A DNA stretch of 52,504 nucleotides from Clostridiaceae bacterium (lineage in GTDB: Bacteria > Bacillota > Clostridia > Christensenellales > CAG-138), in the NCBI GenBank assembly GCA_039680365.1, contig JBDKTD010000088.1, forward strand, positions 1 through 52,504. Direction: 5' to 3'. Made by a program: the position numbers and the translations under genes. Below, in pieces: positions 1 to 10,001 of the stretch. The notes under the pieces were generated by a model, which did not search any database, was not told the DNA's origin, and was given only the letters and a program-made list of their open reading frames with translations. The stretch's first letter is position 1. The number at the start of each line of letters is the position of its first letter.

Positions 1-3000
1 TGGAAGCCGTGCCGTGGGCGACGGTGCCAATGTCCGTAACGGTGACGTCCTCAATGTCCGGATTGGTGGTTTCGTCCACGTCGTCGTTGGCCGCGGCATG
101 AATGGTAACGCTGTGATCCTCGTCAACCGTCGCGGTGTCGTCCCCGCCGCTGGGCGTATCGTTGACGGCAGCAATGGTCACCGTCACCGTTGCGGTGTCG
201 GTTTTGCCGTCCTCGTCCGAAACCGTATAGCTGAAGGTGTCGGTGCCGTTGAGATTTGCATTTGGCGTATACAGAATCTTACCTTCGGAAATCACCGCAG
301 TCCCCTTTGTGGGGTGCGTTACCGAGGCAATGGTCAGCGTGTCGTCCGGCAAATCGCTGTCCGTATCGTTGCCGAGCACGTTGATGCTCACGGCCGTGTC
401 CTCGTCGGTCAAGGCGGTGTCATTCACCGCATTCGGCGCGTCGTTTTCCGGCTTGACAATGACCGTGACCATGCCGATGTCGGAATGGTTTTCGTCTTGA
501 GCGTCGTCCACCAGGAATTCGAACGTATCCGTTCCGTACCAGTTGGAGTTCGGCGTGTAGGTATATGCGCCGCCCGTCGCAATCTCCACCGTGCCGTGTA
601 AGGGCGCGGTTTCGAGCGTGTAAGTCAGGGGGTTATTCTCTTTATCCGTCGCCGTCAGCGTGGAGGAAGCGGTGCCATCCTCCTTAATCGTCTGCAGCTG
701 ATCGTCGGCAACCGGCGCGTCGTTGACGCCGTTGATCGTGATGTAATAAGTAGCTTGCGTGGTCAGCTGGCCGTCGCTGAGCAGGAAGTATACGGGAACT
801 TCGCCATATGCATCCGCGTTTGAACGCACGGTGATGGTCTTATAGCCTGCAGAATTCGTCGTGAGCTTGATCTGCGAGGTCAACAGGATTGACGCATCCT
901 TCGACTGAATCGTAATGAGCAGATTGCTTGCCTGCGTTTCCGGATCGCTGACAACAAAGTTGAACGATGCGGTGGAGTCCTCGTCCATCGTCCACTCACC
1001 GGCAGTTGTGGAATGCTTTGCAATTTCCGGCGCGTCGTTGACGGGCTTGATCTTAATCGAGACCGTCGCCGTGTCGGTTCCGCCATGGCCGTCGCTCACG
1101 GTATAGATGAACGAATCCGTGCCGTTGTAGTCCTTTGCCGGCGTGTAAAGAAGGTTCGCGTCATCCGTTACCACAGTGCCGTGCGCGGGATTGCCAAACG
1201 ACAGCACGCTGAGGGTATCGGTCTCCACGTCCGTATCGTTACCGAGCACGTTGATAGAGATTGCATTGTCCTCGTTGATCGTTTTGCTGTCGTCCACGGC
1301 GTTCGGCGGGTCGTTCATTGGCGTAATGGTCAGCGTTGCGCTTGCGCTCGCGCTCGCGCCGTTTTTGTCCATGACCGTATAGTCAAAGGTAATCGTGCCC
1401 GAATAGTCGCCGTTGCAGGAAATCGTTACGGTTCCGTCCCCGTTGTTGATCACCGTGCCATAGGAGACGTTCTCAATCTTGACGATCTTGAGAGTCGCGT
1501 CCTCCACGTCCGTATCGTTGTCGGTTAAGTACATCGTTGCGGTCGTCTTGCGCGGGGTCGTATCGCTTGTTAAGGAAACCGCTTCCTCCACGGTCTTGGC
1601 GTCGTCCGCAGCTTCGGGCGTATCGTTGACCGAAACGACCTTGAGCTGGAACGCGCCTTCCGCGGTCAGCTCGCCGTCGCTGGCAACGATGTTGATAATC
1701 GCTGTGCCGTAAGCGTTGTCGTTCGGCACGACGGTAATCTTCATCTGTTCGCCGCTGACGCGCACGATCGAAATGCTCTTAACGAGCGTTTCGTTGTCCG
1801 AAGTCAGCGTGTAATGGGTCGAACTCGAAAGATCGTTATCCACGTCGTGCACGGTGAACAGCACGTTCGCGGGCTTATCTTCGTTTGTCGATTGATAATA
1901 GCCCAAATCCTTGATCTCGGGCTGGTCGTTGACGGCGACAACATGAATGCTCGCGGTCTGGTTCGAGCTGAGCTTTGCCGTCGTCTGATCCGTCAGCGTA
2001 TAGGTAAACGAATCGTCTCCAAAGTAGTCCGCGTCCGGATGGTACACGATGATGCCGCCGGAGAGGACTTCCACTTCGCCATGCTCCGGCCCTTCGCCTT
2101 CCAGAACGGCAAGCGACACCGTGTCGCCGTCCACCTCGCTGTTGGAACGCAGCACGCTGATCTTGACGGGAACGTCCTCATAGGTCGTGGCGTTGAGCTG
2201 GTTGACGCCGGGCGCGTCGTCCACGGGCGTAATGGTCAGTGCAATCGTCCGTTCCTCCGCTTCCATTCCATCGCTTACGCCAATAATCAGATCGGCGGTT
2301 CCGTTAACGTTGTCCATCGGAATCACCGTTACGGTTGCTCCGGTTTCCGTGCGCGTAACCTGCGTTTGAATCTCAAAAGGCACCGTGGCGCCGGTTTCGG
2401 CGTTGACGATATAGGCGTAGAAGTACAGAGCGGCGCGCGCGCAGTCCACGTCGTGGAACGCAACGTCGAACGAAGCGCCCGTTTCGGAATCTTCCTCGCA
2501 GGCAGCGCTGGTTGGCGCGCTGTCGATGACCGGCGGATCGTTGACGGGGTAAACGCGGATGTAGAGGGTGTTCGTGCTCGTTTCCGAACCGCCGTCCTGT
2601 GTAACCGTATACTGAACGCTTACCGTTCCGTTGGCGTCCGCAGCGGGCGTAAAGTGCACCGTGTCGTGATCCACAATCGTCAGTTCGCCAAGAGCCGTAG
2701 AGCTGCTGCCGAGCGTAAGGCTGTACTCCACTTCGTTCGGATTATGGATCGGCAGGTTGATATCCGCCGGAGCCGAATCTTCCAGGCAGTAGTAATCCTT
2801 GCCGTACGTATAGAGCGAACTGTGGAATACCACGCCGATATGCACGGTTGCATCGTCGCTCCGATAGTCGCCTTCCGCGTTCGCGCGGTCGATGATGCGG
2901 TAGGTAAACGAATCCGCTCCGTTGTCATTCGGTGAAACGGTAGAGCGCGTGTAAGTAATCTTGCTGTTCGTAAAGCTGACCGTGCCGTACTTCGGCTGCG

Positions 3001-5560
3001 TTACGATTTCGAAAACATGAATCGCGTCGCCTTCCGGATCGCCATCGTTGCCAAGGACGCTGATCTCGGCGGATTCCAATCCGGTGGTATTGGCAAGCGT
3101 CTGGTAATCGTCCCAGGCGACCGGCGCGTCGTTGACGGGAGCAATCGTGAGCACCGCGGTCGCCGTTGCGTAAGCGCGGCCGTCCGTAATCTGGTAGCTC
3201 AGCGTTTCCGACCCGTTCCAGTTGTAGTAAGGATAGTAGGTATACGTCGTTCCGCTTCTGAGCAGGTAGCCGTTGACGGGCGTTGAAACATAGTTCACCC
3301 AGAAGGTGTCGCCGTCGGGATCGCTGTCATTTTTCGCCAGTTCCAGCACTTTTGAACTGTCTTCGCTGAGCGTAATCTCGTCGGCAACCGCGATCGGCGC
3401 GTCGTTCTGCGGCAGCACGCGCAGCGTAAACGAAGAACTGGTATGCAGGCTCGCCTTGTCGGTAGCCGTTACGGTAATCGTCACGGTGCCGCTGGCGTTT
3501 GCCACCGGTTTGAGCGCGAGGGAGTACGAGCCGTCGCCGTTGTCGGTCACGACCGCGCTCGTTTCGCTGACTTTCAGGATGGAGTCGTCGCTGGATGCAA
3601 CGGAGATCGTAATCACGTCGCCATAATCTTCGTCCTCAACGAGGAACGGAATGCCGGAGAGCGTTTGATCTTCTTCCACCGCCTGATCCGAAATGGAGGA
3701 GATGGCGGGCGCGTGGGCCACGCTGTTGATGTGCAGCGTAACCGTGCCCGTGGCGGTCAGCGCGCCGTCCGAAACCGTATAGGTAAACGTTCCCGTTCCA
3801 ACTTCGCCGATGGCGGAGTAATAGGTAAACAGCTTTGTCTCTTCGTCGTAGAGGAGCGTGCCGTTGAGCCCGGAGCCGTCATGCCCAGTAATGGTGAGCG
3901 TGTCGCCGTCCACATCGTGGTCGTTCAGCAGCGTGGAGAATACGCGCTTGCCGGAAAGCGGCACATAGATATTGTCGGCGGCCGCAACCGGCGCGTCGGG
4001 CTTGGGCGAAATGGTGAGCGGAACGCTGGCATAGGCGCTGGCCGCTCCGTCACTGACAGTAATGATAATGTTGACCGTACCGTTGGCGTCCGCCGCGGGC
4101 AGAACGCTGATATCCGCCGTGCCGTCGTCGTTGTTGACAATGGTGATGTTGTCCGCCGGAACCAGCGCGCCGTTATCGCTGCTGCCAATGAGGAGCAGCG
4201 AGCCTACCGCGGTTTCCTTATCCCCTATTGTAACGCGGATGCCGGTAATCTCCGTATCCTCATCCACGGTGTAACTGATTTCTTTGAACTCAATTGTCGG
4301 CGCATCGTTAACGGCTTTTGCCGTCAGGGTGCAGGTTCCCGTTGAAGTCGTCGTTCCGTCGCTGACCAGGTACGTAAAACTATCCGTTCCCTCATAGTTC
4401 GCAAGCGGTTTATAGAGCAGCGACGTCACGGGATCGCCAACCGTTTCAAGCGTGCCAACCGTGGTCGTCGTGCCAATGCCAACAAAAGTCAGCGTGTCGT
4501 GGTCCGGGTCGGTATCGTTGCCAATCAGCGAACTCAGCGGGATGGAAACCGACTCCGTATCCTCGTCGTAAGAAATCGAATCGGCTTTCGCCGTCGGCGC
4601 GTCGTTGACCTGCGCAATATGGACGAGTACGGTCTGCGTTACGGTTGTAAAGCCGTCGCCAAGCGTCAGCGTTAGGGTAACGTCGCCCGTCTGATTCGCC
4701 ATGGGCGTCACGAGCACGGAGACCTCGTCGCTTTCGTCGCCAAGGTCGGAAACGGAAATGTTCTCGTTCGGCAGCAAATCCACGGCGGTATCCGGCGAGG
4801 AAGCCTGCAGCATCAAGCTGTTGGCAGGCGTTTCCACATCCGAAATACTGAATGTAATCGGCGCGTTAACGCTGTCCTCATCTACGGTATATTCCGCATT
4901 GAGGTCAACGAACTGGGGATCGTCCGGCACGGCGGAAACCTTTACCGTAACGGTTGCAGCAGCGGTTGCGTGCGCGGAATCCTCCATTGTATATGTAAAG
5001 CTGTCTTCGCCGTAGAAGTTCGCGTTCGGCGTATACAGAATCTTTCCATCCTTGACTTCGGCGGTTCCGTTTGCGCCGTTATCGCAGCTCAACAGCGAAA
5101 TCGATTCAACGGCGGAACCCACGTCGAGATCGGTATCGTTCGAAAGAGCGTCGATATAGACAAAGGAATCTTCGGTGCAGGTCGCTTCGTCCGGCATCGC
5201 GGTGGGCGCGTCGTTGACGTTGGTCACCGTTACGTAGACGAACGCCGTGGCGGTTCCGGTGTGGCCGTCGGAAATCGTATAGCTGAAGCTGTCCTCGCCT
5301 ACGTAGTTTTCATTTGGCGTATACTTGATCTGGCCGAGCACGATCACCGCCGTGCCGTGGCTGGGTGCGGTGACGGAATCGATCGTCAGCGTGTCGCCGT
5401 CCGCAAGGTCGGTGTCGTTTGCCAGAACGTTAATTTTAACATTCGCGTCTTCGTTCAGCGTAAAGCCGGTATCGTCCACAGCGACGGGATCATCGTTGAC
5501 CGCGTCGATCGTGACGGTAAACTGATCGCTCACGGTCAGTTCGCTTGCATCCGTCACCGA
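1..5560 (-). repeat. Intragenic tandem repeat array, period about 265-325 nt (about 95-105 aa), at least 18 units
   Basis: The plus-strand motif GCGTCGTTGAC (reverse complement GTCAACGACGC = VNDA) or close variants recurs near 175, 455, 720, 1035, 1310, 1620, 1925, 2215, 2540, 3125, 3400, 3985, 4305, 4600, 4920, 5210 and 5495. Confidence 0.75.
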
Positions 5561-7165
5561 AACCGTAATCGTAACAGGCCCGCCTGACTGATCGGCAACC
5601 GGAGTAATCTTTAAGCTCGCCACCCCTTCGCTCTTGATCACCTCGACGGATTTAATCAAACTCGAATCGGATGCGCTTGCTTCAATAATCAGATCGTTCA
5701 GGTTCGTCTCCGCGTCCGTAACGGACAGCGGCACGATCAGCGGAACATCTTCCTCCATCGTCGTGTCCGCAATATCCGTCAGCGTTGGTTTTGTGCTGAG
5801 CAGAACTACGCTTGTTGCAACGTTGCCCGCATGATCCGAAACGCAGATGGTGTACTCGCCGCCAACATAGACCGTAAACGTTCCTCCGGTAATATCGGTG
5901 CCGCTGTCAAGAACGGTTGCGGCGTCCAGATTCCCCGCGGCATAGCGAACCAGGTTCAGCCCACTGAGGCCGCCGTCGCTGTAAGTGATGTCGACGGAGC
6001 AGGAGCCTGCGGTGGCTTCTTTTGTTATGTTGTCGATGGTCGGAACAACTTTATCGATCTGCGCATACCGCTCCACGCTTCCGGAGGTATTGCCCGCGGC
6101 GTCTTTTACCGCGAGACGGAGCGTATATCTGCCGCTGTCGGTCAGCTTGAACACTTCGGGAAGCGTCTGCCATGCGCCTGTTCCAATTTGGTAAATAAAG
6201 AACTCCGGCGCGGCGCTGCCCCACGAAAGTGTCGGCAGGCTGAGCGTAACGTCCTGATTGGTCCATGCTTCGGTCGAAAGCGTCGCGCTCGTCGGGGTCG
6301 CGGGCGTGACCTTGTCGATGTTGTTGACGGTCTTATCCACCGTTGCGGAAACTTTGCCCGCGTAGTCTTTGCTGTAGGCTTGATACTGGGTACCACTCGT
6401 GGTAGCGGTCGTCGTGTAAGGCGAAGTCGTGGAAACCTTCGTTCCGTTTACGTAGATGCCTTCCAGTCCGGCGTCGCCATCCGCCGCGGTCACGGTGACC
6501 GTTACGTTGCCGCTGGTCCAGTCGGTGTTGTAGCTGATATCGCAGCTCGGGGCGGCCGCGTCGTTGATCTTAAGCGACGGGCTGGAGAAGACAACCGTGT
6601 TGTCGTCCGTCGTGCTTGTTCCTGATAAAAAGATAAAAATCCCGCGCGTTCCAACGGGGATGGACGCGTGGGAAGAGAGGGTAACGTTGCCGGAAACAGC
6701 CGGGTCGGTTTTTTGCAGCGTGACCGGCGTGCCGATTACAGCGTCCGGATCCGCCTCGCTGCAGAAGCAGATTTCAACGGTAGGAACGTCGTTATCCGCG
6801 CCGGCAGTGCCTTCCTCTATAACCGCGGTCACAACGGAAAAGCTGATTTCGAGCCCGCCAAGATCGACCGAGTTCGATATGTTGTGGCCCACCTCGTCCA
6901 GAGCGATGAACCCCACCGCAGATCCGCTTGCGCTCGTCATGCGGACGGTTGTGCCATCCAGCGTCGCGCCGGTAATCGCGTAAGCGAACGTATTGGTCGA
7001 AATGTTCTCGCTGCTGAACCCGCGGAAGTAGAACGAACTGCTCTCCGATTCCGCTTTTGCGCTGGTTGGGAACCAGACGCTCTGCGCTGCCAGCAGGATA
7101 CATAGGAAGATTTGGAATGCTTTGCGGCCGATTCGTCCGAGTTTCCGTGTCTTGTTTTCCGGCAT
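1..7165 (-). CDS. Giant secreted surface/adhesin-like protein with tandem ~95-aa cadherin/Ig-like (VNDAP-type) repeats; first 2388 codons only, 3' end beyond window
   Basis: Absent from the ORF track because it has no stop in the window. The minus frame starting at ATG 7165-7163 (GGGGG 10 nt upstream) is the only frame with no listed ORF across 7.1 kb. Every listed ORF at 14-7205 is in another frame and is R/G/V-rich antisense shadow. Hand translation gives MPENKTRKLGRIGRKAFQIFLCILLAAQSVWFPTSAKA (signal peptide), then Ig-like modules (WTNQDVTLSL, DKVVPTIDNI). After that come units of the form V(N/D)D(A/P)P..DD..ED..I.VL.NDTD.D.D.L....V....HGT.....YTP..NY.G.DSF.Y...DG. Confidence 0.85.
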   Translation of the reverse strand, partial: MPENKTRKLGRIGRKAFQIFLCILLAAQSVWFPTSAKAESESSSFYFRGFSSENISTNTFAYAITGATLDGTTVRMTSASGSAVGFIALDEVGHNISNSVDLGGLEISFSVVTAVIEEGTAGADNDVPTVEICFCSEADPDAVIGTPVTLQKTDPAVSGNVTLSSHASIPVGTRGIFIFLSGTSTTDDNTVVFSSPSLKINDAAAPSCDISYNTDWTSGNVTVTVTAADGDAGLEGIYVNGTKVSTTSPYTTTATTSGTQYQAYSKDYAGKVSATVDKTVNNIDKVTPATPTSATLSTEAWTNQDVTLSLPTLSWGSAAPEFFIYQIGTGAWQTLPEVFKLTDSGRYTLRLAVKDAAGNTSGSVERYAQIDKVVPTIDNITKEATAGSCSVDITYSDGGLSGLNLVRYAAGNLDAATVLDSGTDITGGTFTVYVGGEYTICVSDHAGNVATSVVLLSTKPTLTDIADTTMEEDVPLIVPLSVTDAETNLNDLIIEASASDSSLIKSVEVIKSEGVASLKITPVADQSGGPVTITVSVTDASELTVSDQFTVTIDAVNDDPVAVDDTGFTLNEDANVKINVLANDTDLADGDTLTIDSVTAPSHGTAVIVLGQIKYTPNENYVGEDSFSYTISDGHTGTATAFVYVTVTNVNDAPTAMPDEATCTEDSFVYIDALSNDTDLDVGSAVESISLLSCDNGANGTAEVKDGKILYTPNANFYGEDSFTYTMEDSAHATAAATVTVKVSAVPDDPQFVDLNAEYTVDEDSVNAPITFSISDVETPANSLMLQASSPDTAVDLLPNENISVSDLGDESDEVSVLVTPMANQTGDVTLTLTLGDGFTTVTQTVLVHIAQVNDAPTAKADSISYDEDTESVSIPLSSLIGNDTDPDHDTLTFVGIGTTTTVGTLETVGDPVTSLLYKPLANYEGTDSFTYLVSDGTTTSTGTCTLTAKAVNDAPTIEFKEISYTVDEDTEITGIRVTIGDKETAVGSLLLIGSSDNGALVPADNITIVNNDDGTADISVLPAADANGTVNIIITVSDGAASAYASVPLTISPKPDAPVAAADNIYVPLSGKRVFSTLLNDHDVDGDTLTITGHDGSGLNGTLLYDEETKLFTYYSAIGEVGTGTFTYTVSDGALTATGTVTLHINSVAHAPAISSISDQAVEEDQTLSGIPFLVEDEDYGDVITISVASSDDSILKVSETSAVVTDNGDGSYSLALKPVANASGTVTITVTATDKASLHTSSSFTLRVLPQNDAPIAVADEITLSEDSSKVLELAKNDSDPDGDTFWVNYVSTPVNGYLLRSGTTYTYYPYYNWNGSETLSYQITDGRAYATATAVLTIAPVNDAPVAWDDYQTLANTTGLESAEISVLGNDGDPEGDAIHVFEIVTQPKYGTVSFTNSKITYTRSTVSPNDNGADSFTYRIIDRANAEGDYRSDDATVHIGVVFHSSLYTYGKDYYCLEDSAPADINLPIHNPNEVEYSLTLGSSSTALGELTIVDHDTVHFTPAADANGTVSVQYTVTQDGGSETSTNTLYIRVYPVNDPPVIDSAPTSAACEEDSETGASFDVAFHDVDCARAALYFYAYIVNAETGATVPFEIQTQVTRTETGATVTVIPMDNVNGTADLIIGVSDGMEAEERTIALTITPVDDAPGVNQLNATTYEDVPVKISVLRSNSEVDGDTVSLAVLEGEGPEHGEVEVLSGGIIVYHPDADYFGDDSFTYTLTDQTTAKLSSNQTASIHVVAVNDQPEIKDLGYYQSTNEDKPANVLFTVHDVDNDLSSSTHYTLTSDNETLVKSISIVRVSGEQMKITVVPNDNAYGTAIINIVASDGELTAEGAFQLKVVSVNDTPEAADDAKTVEEAVSLTSDTTPRKTTATMYLTDNDTDVEDATLKIVKIENVSYGTVINNGDGTVTISCNGDYSGTITFDYTVMDKNGASASASATLTITPMNDPPNAVDDSKTINEDNAISINVLGNDTDVETDTLSVLSFGNPAHGTVVTDDANLLYTPAKDYNGTDSFIYTVSDGHGGTDTATVSIKIKPVNDAPEIAKHSTTAGEWTMDEDSTASFNFVVSDPETQASNLLITIQSKDASILLTSQIKLTTNSAGYKTITVRSNADAYGEVPVYFLLSDGQLTTQATYYITINGVNDAPVADDQLQTIKEDGTASSTLTATDKENNPLTYTLETAPLHGTVEIATGGAYTYTPNSNWYGTDTFEFLVDDAQDENHSDIGMVTVIVKPENDAPNAVNDTALTDEDTAVSINVLGNDTDSDLPDDTLTIASVTHPTKGTAVISEGKILYTPNANLNGTDTFSYTVSDEDGKTDTATVTVTIAAVNDTPSGGDDTATVDEDHSVTIHAAANDDVDETTNPDIEDVTVTDIGTVAHGTAS

Positions 7166-7452
7166 GACTGATTTTCCCCCGTTTGTTACATTCTCTGTTC
7201 AGCACGGCACCCGCTGCCGTTACTGAATTTCGCTGAAAAACTCTGGTCTGCTGCTCGGTTCGCTGACCGACCTTGCCTGAAAAAGCGCTTCTGTTCTCTG
7301 TTTTTTAGAGTCGCAAAAGATTCAAACACGGCTCTCCTTTTGAAAAAAAGGAGCATACACGGCAATGTTTGAATACTCATATCGTTTCGCGCTCAGGGAA
7401 ACGCCTGTATATAAACTGAATTATGCGGCCTTCCGCAACCTACTTTGCTATC

Positions 7453-7481
7453 AGTATAGTCTGTGTAATGTATATATGTAA
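7453..7481 (-). promoter_or_regulatory. Candidate sigma-A promoter for the giant repeat protein gene
   Basis: Minus strand reads TTACAT (7481-7476), 17 nt spacer, TATACT (7458-7453). This would give a roughly 280-nt leader containing several hairpins, e.g. CTCCTTTT/AAAAGGAG at 7334-7353. Confidence 0.35.
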
Positions 7482-7641
7482 AGGGTCATTCATGAATTTT
7501 TTGCGAATATACGAGTAAAAATACATCTGTATTCACTGCGTTTCTCATTTATAGGCACAAATATGCAAGTTTGTTAGAACCGTTTCATTAGCCGTTCATT
7601 TAAAAGCGGAACAACCCGCCTGTCGAACCGCCGTTTGTGCC

Positions 7642-7676
7642 CGAAAATAAAAGCGCTTCCGCCGCTGTGGAAACGC
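7642..7676 (-). terminator. Rho-independent terminator downstream of the GGDEF gene
   Basis: Minus strand: CGTTTCC-8 nt loop-GGAAGCG (one G-U pair) followed by CTTTTATTTTCGGG. It lies about 65 nt after the stop at 7742. Confidence 0.55.
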
Positions 7677-7741
7677 CTGCTGTTTCGTTTGAAATTTGTT
7701 ACATGGTGTCATTTATGCCTGTGGACTTCGTTTGTTTATTT

Positions 7742-8920
7742 TCATTGCAACTCCGGCGGCTGTTTGGTGCATTCGCTGCAGATGATGTCTTTCCCGCTAT
7801 GTTTCCCCTCGTACATCAGAGCGTCCGCCTTGCAGAGAATGGTCTGAAAACTGTCCCCCGCTTCCATTTCCACAATGCCGCAGCTCCAGGTGATTTTAAT
7901 ATTGGCAACGAACGACTGCTCATCGACGGAGGCCTTCATGCGCTCCATCAGCGTGACCGCGCTGGCAAGCGCCGTGTTGGGCAGCAGCAAAACGAACTCA
8001 TCCCCGCCCCAGCGCGCCAGTGTGTCCGAAGAGCGCAACTGCCGCTGAAAGAGCTTTGCAAGGTTGACCAGAATCGTATCCCCCACCGCATGCCCGTAGC
8101 GGTCGTTGACGCCTTTGAGGTTGTCCACGTCCACGAACGCCAGCGAAAGCGGCATACCCTGCCTGCGGCAGAAGTCCATCCAGCGCCCCGCCTCCTCTTC
8201 CAGCCGGAATCGGTTGGCGGTGTCCGTTAAAAAGTCGGTCGAACTCATGTGCTCCAGTCTGCTTTTTGCAATGAACTCACGGAACTGGTGCCGTTCCGTA
8301 CTGGAGGCAAACACCGCGCAGAGTACGATCGCAGCGGGGATATACACCATCGCCGCCCAGAATTTGACCGGATCGATGTTTGGCTGGCGTAAGTGCGAGC
8401 AGATGAAAAATGTCGCGGTGCCAGCCATCGACAGAATGACGGAAAATGCGTTTCGGTTCGGCACTAAAAAGATCGCCAGAATAAAGATCATCAGGCCGAA
8501 TGCCTGAATCAGAAAGTCGAACTGCTCGTACTGCAGCATGACAAAGATATAAATTGCCAGCGCAAGCGCTTCGCAAACGGTAACGGACGCGGAAAACAAA
8601 CGGAATGAATGGATCGATTTTACTTTAATGCCAATCCAGATGACCAGCCCCGAATAGACCGCGCGTATGCACGCCACCAGAATGCGATGATCCAGATTTT
8701 CAATCATCATCCAATCCGGAATGATCAGGGCGAAGTTAAACACGCTCGTTACGATTGCTAAAATCGGAATGAGCTTTTGGGAAAGCTGCAATTTGTAGTC
8801 GTCGTACGCCGAATGCGAAATCTGCGCGCCGCCGGCACTTCCCCGCGATTGCATTCTGTTCAAATGATTCACCTGTTGTGCAGCTAAATATGATATAGAA
8901 AAACAAGATGTGCGTATCAT
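7742..8920 (-). CDS. Membrane-anchored diguanylate cyclase (GGDEF domain, intact RxxD I-site)
   Basis: 392-aa ORF. The N-terminal ~200 aa is multi-pass hydrophobic. The C-terminus carries FVDVDNLKGVNDRYGHAVGD and RSSDTLARWGGDEFVLLL (RxxD five residues before GGDEF). The start is uncertain: ATG 8920 has no RBS and an alternative ATG sits at 8854. Confidence 0.85.
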   Translation of the reverse strand: MIRTSCFSISYLAAQQVNHLNRMQSRGSAGGAQISHSAYDDYKLQLSQKLIPILAIVTSVFNFALIIPDWMMIENLDHRILVACIRAVYSGLVIWIGIKVKSIHSFRLFSASVTVCEALALAIYIFVMLQYEQFDFLIQAFGLMIFILAIFLVPNRNAFSVILSMAGTATFFICSHLRQPNIDPVKFWAAMVYIPAAIVLCAVFASSTERHQFREFIAKSRLEHMSSTDFLTDTANRFRLEEEAGRWMDFCRRQGMPLSLAFVDVDNLKGVNDRYGHAVGDTILVNLAKLFQRQLRSSDTLARWGGDEFVLLLPNTALASAVTLMERMKASVDEQSFVANIKITWSCGIVEMEAGDSFQTILCKADALMYEGKHSGKDIICSECTKQPPELQ

Positions 8921-8957
8921 CAGCCGATCTGCTGTATATACGACCCATCTTTTCTCT

Positions 8958-8985
8958 ATTCTACACCAATGAATTGTTATTTCAA
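8958..8985 (-). promoter_or_regulatory. Candidate promoter for the GGDEF gene
   Basis: Minus strand: TTGAAA (8985-8980), 16 nt spacer, TAGAAT (8963-8958). Confidence 0.3.
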
Positions 8986-9367
8986 TATCTTTTCGGAAAA
9001 TTTTAGCTCATTTTCTTGCTCCTGCCGAAAGTAGGCCTGTTTCACAGTATGCAACACGCGCAGTCTATCTTTTTCGACAACTCGTGCGGAATTTCGCGCA
9101 TTGTGTGGGCAAAATGCCTCACTTTAAAACAGTTCGTCCCCGACTGCCAGCAAGGCGTCTGCATGGACATTTTTCAGGCGCAAAAACTCAAAAAATACCG
9201 TGCGTGGTAATTCTCAGCGGTGAAAAAACAAATAAACGCGCTTTGCATCACACATGAAAAACGTTTTTTTAGCGCATTTTGTTGTGTTGTAATCCATTTC
9301 CTGTGAGCGGTTTCCTTCAGCGAAGTTGTATACATTCCGGCCTACGCTGCGTGGTAATATGCTTTCG

Positions 9368-9401
9368 GGAAAAATAAATAGCGCGCCGTTGAAGGCGCGC
9401 T
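9368..9401 (-). terminator. Rho-independent terminator ending the HD-GYP / small-membrane-protein operon
   Basis: Minus strand: AGCGCGCC-TTCAAC-GGCGCGCT (8-bp GC stem, 9380-9401) followed by ATTTATTTTTCCC. It lies 40 nt after the stop at 9441. Confidence 0.65.
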
Positions 9402-9440
9402 GCGAAATCGCATTCCTTTTTGTTTGCCGGTGTATTCTCA

Positions 9441-10001
9441 CTACTCCGGCTGGCTCTGTGTCTTGGCGGGCGCAAATTTCCGCGTCATCTGGAAGCAGAG
9501 CAGCGCAACTCCCGCGCAGAGCACGATATCCCCCGCGCTCGCAAACCCGAACGGCAGCCCGGCAGGGCCGAAGCGAAGCACGTCGCCAAGAAACGGAAGC
9601 AGCGTCTTTTCCGAAATCGCGGTGTAAGCGTAGATTTTGCCCGCGTGGAGAAGCGCAATTCTGGAAGCGTCCGCCCCCATGAGCGACGCCGCAACCGGCA
9701 TGCAGCCGCCGTTGAGCAGAATTACTACAAAGTTGGAAAAAGCGCCCAGAAACGCCAACAGCGGCCAAAGCCCGTGTTTTGCGTTCAACAACAGGAATGA
9801 AATGACCAGCGCATACTGGAGGATGCAGATCGTTTCCGCCAGCTTTTGCGGTTCGAGCAGAAAGGAAGCGCCCGCCTTGAGCAGAAGCGCCAGTATCGGC
9901 AGCATCGCTCCGTAGAGCGGATATTTCGCGCAGCTTCGGAAGGATCCGCCGCTTGCGAGACCCAGAGCAATACCCAGAGCAGCCGCGACGAGCAGAATCA
10001 T
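9441..10001 (-). CDS. Small polytopic membrane protein (DUF5317-like by recollection), translationally coupled to the HD-GYP gene
   Basis: 186 aa, hydrophobic throughout (MILLVAAALGIALGLASGG..., 5-6 predicted TM segments). Its ATG (10001-9999) overlaps the upstream TGA (10000-9998) as ATGA. The DUF5317 assignment is from memory of the family and is not a search result. Confidence 0.7.
   Translation of the reverse strand: MILLVAAALGIALGLASGGSFRSCAKYPLYGAMLPILALLLKAGASFLLEPQKLAETICILQYALVISFLLLNAKHGLWPLLAFLGAFSNFVVILLNGGCMPVAASLMGADASRIALLHAGKIYAYTAISEKTLLPFLGDVLRFGPAGLPFGFASAGDIVLCAGVALLCFQMTRKFAPAKTQSQPE

Noticed and set aside
14-7205. More than 30 listed ORFs (e.g. 1814-2935, 3443-4345, 5831-6625 on the plus strand; 6792-7205 on the minus strand) overlapping the first 7.2 kb
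   Set aside because: They are R/G/V/S-rich low-complexity translations with no motifs. All lie in frames other than the single uninterrupted minus-strand frame that encodes the signal peptide and VNDAP repeats. They are antisense or off-frame shadows of a GC-rich repeat gene.
7166-7445. c-di-GMP riboswitch (GEMM-I/II) in the long leader of the adhesin gene
   Set aside because: I looked on the minus strand for conserved cores such as ACGCAAAGC / GGCAAAC with a GNRA loop and found none. Only generic hairpins are present. This cannot be excluded without a covariance-model scan.
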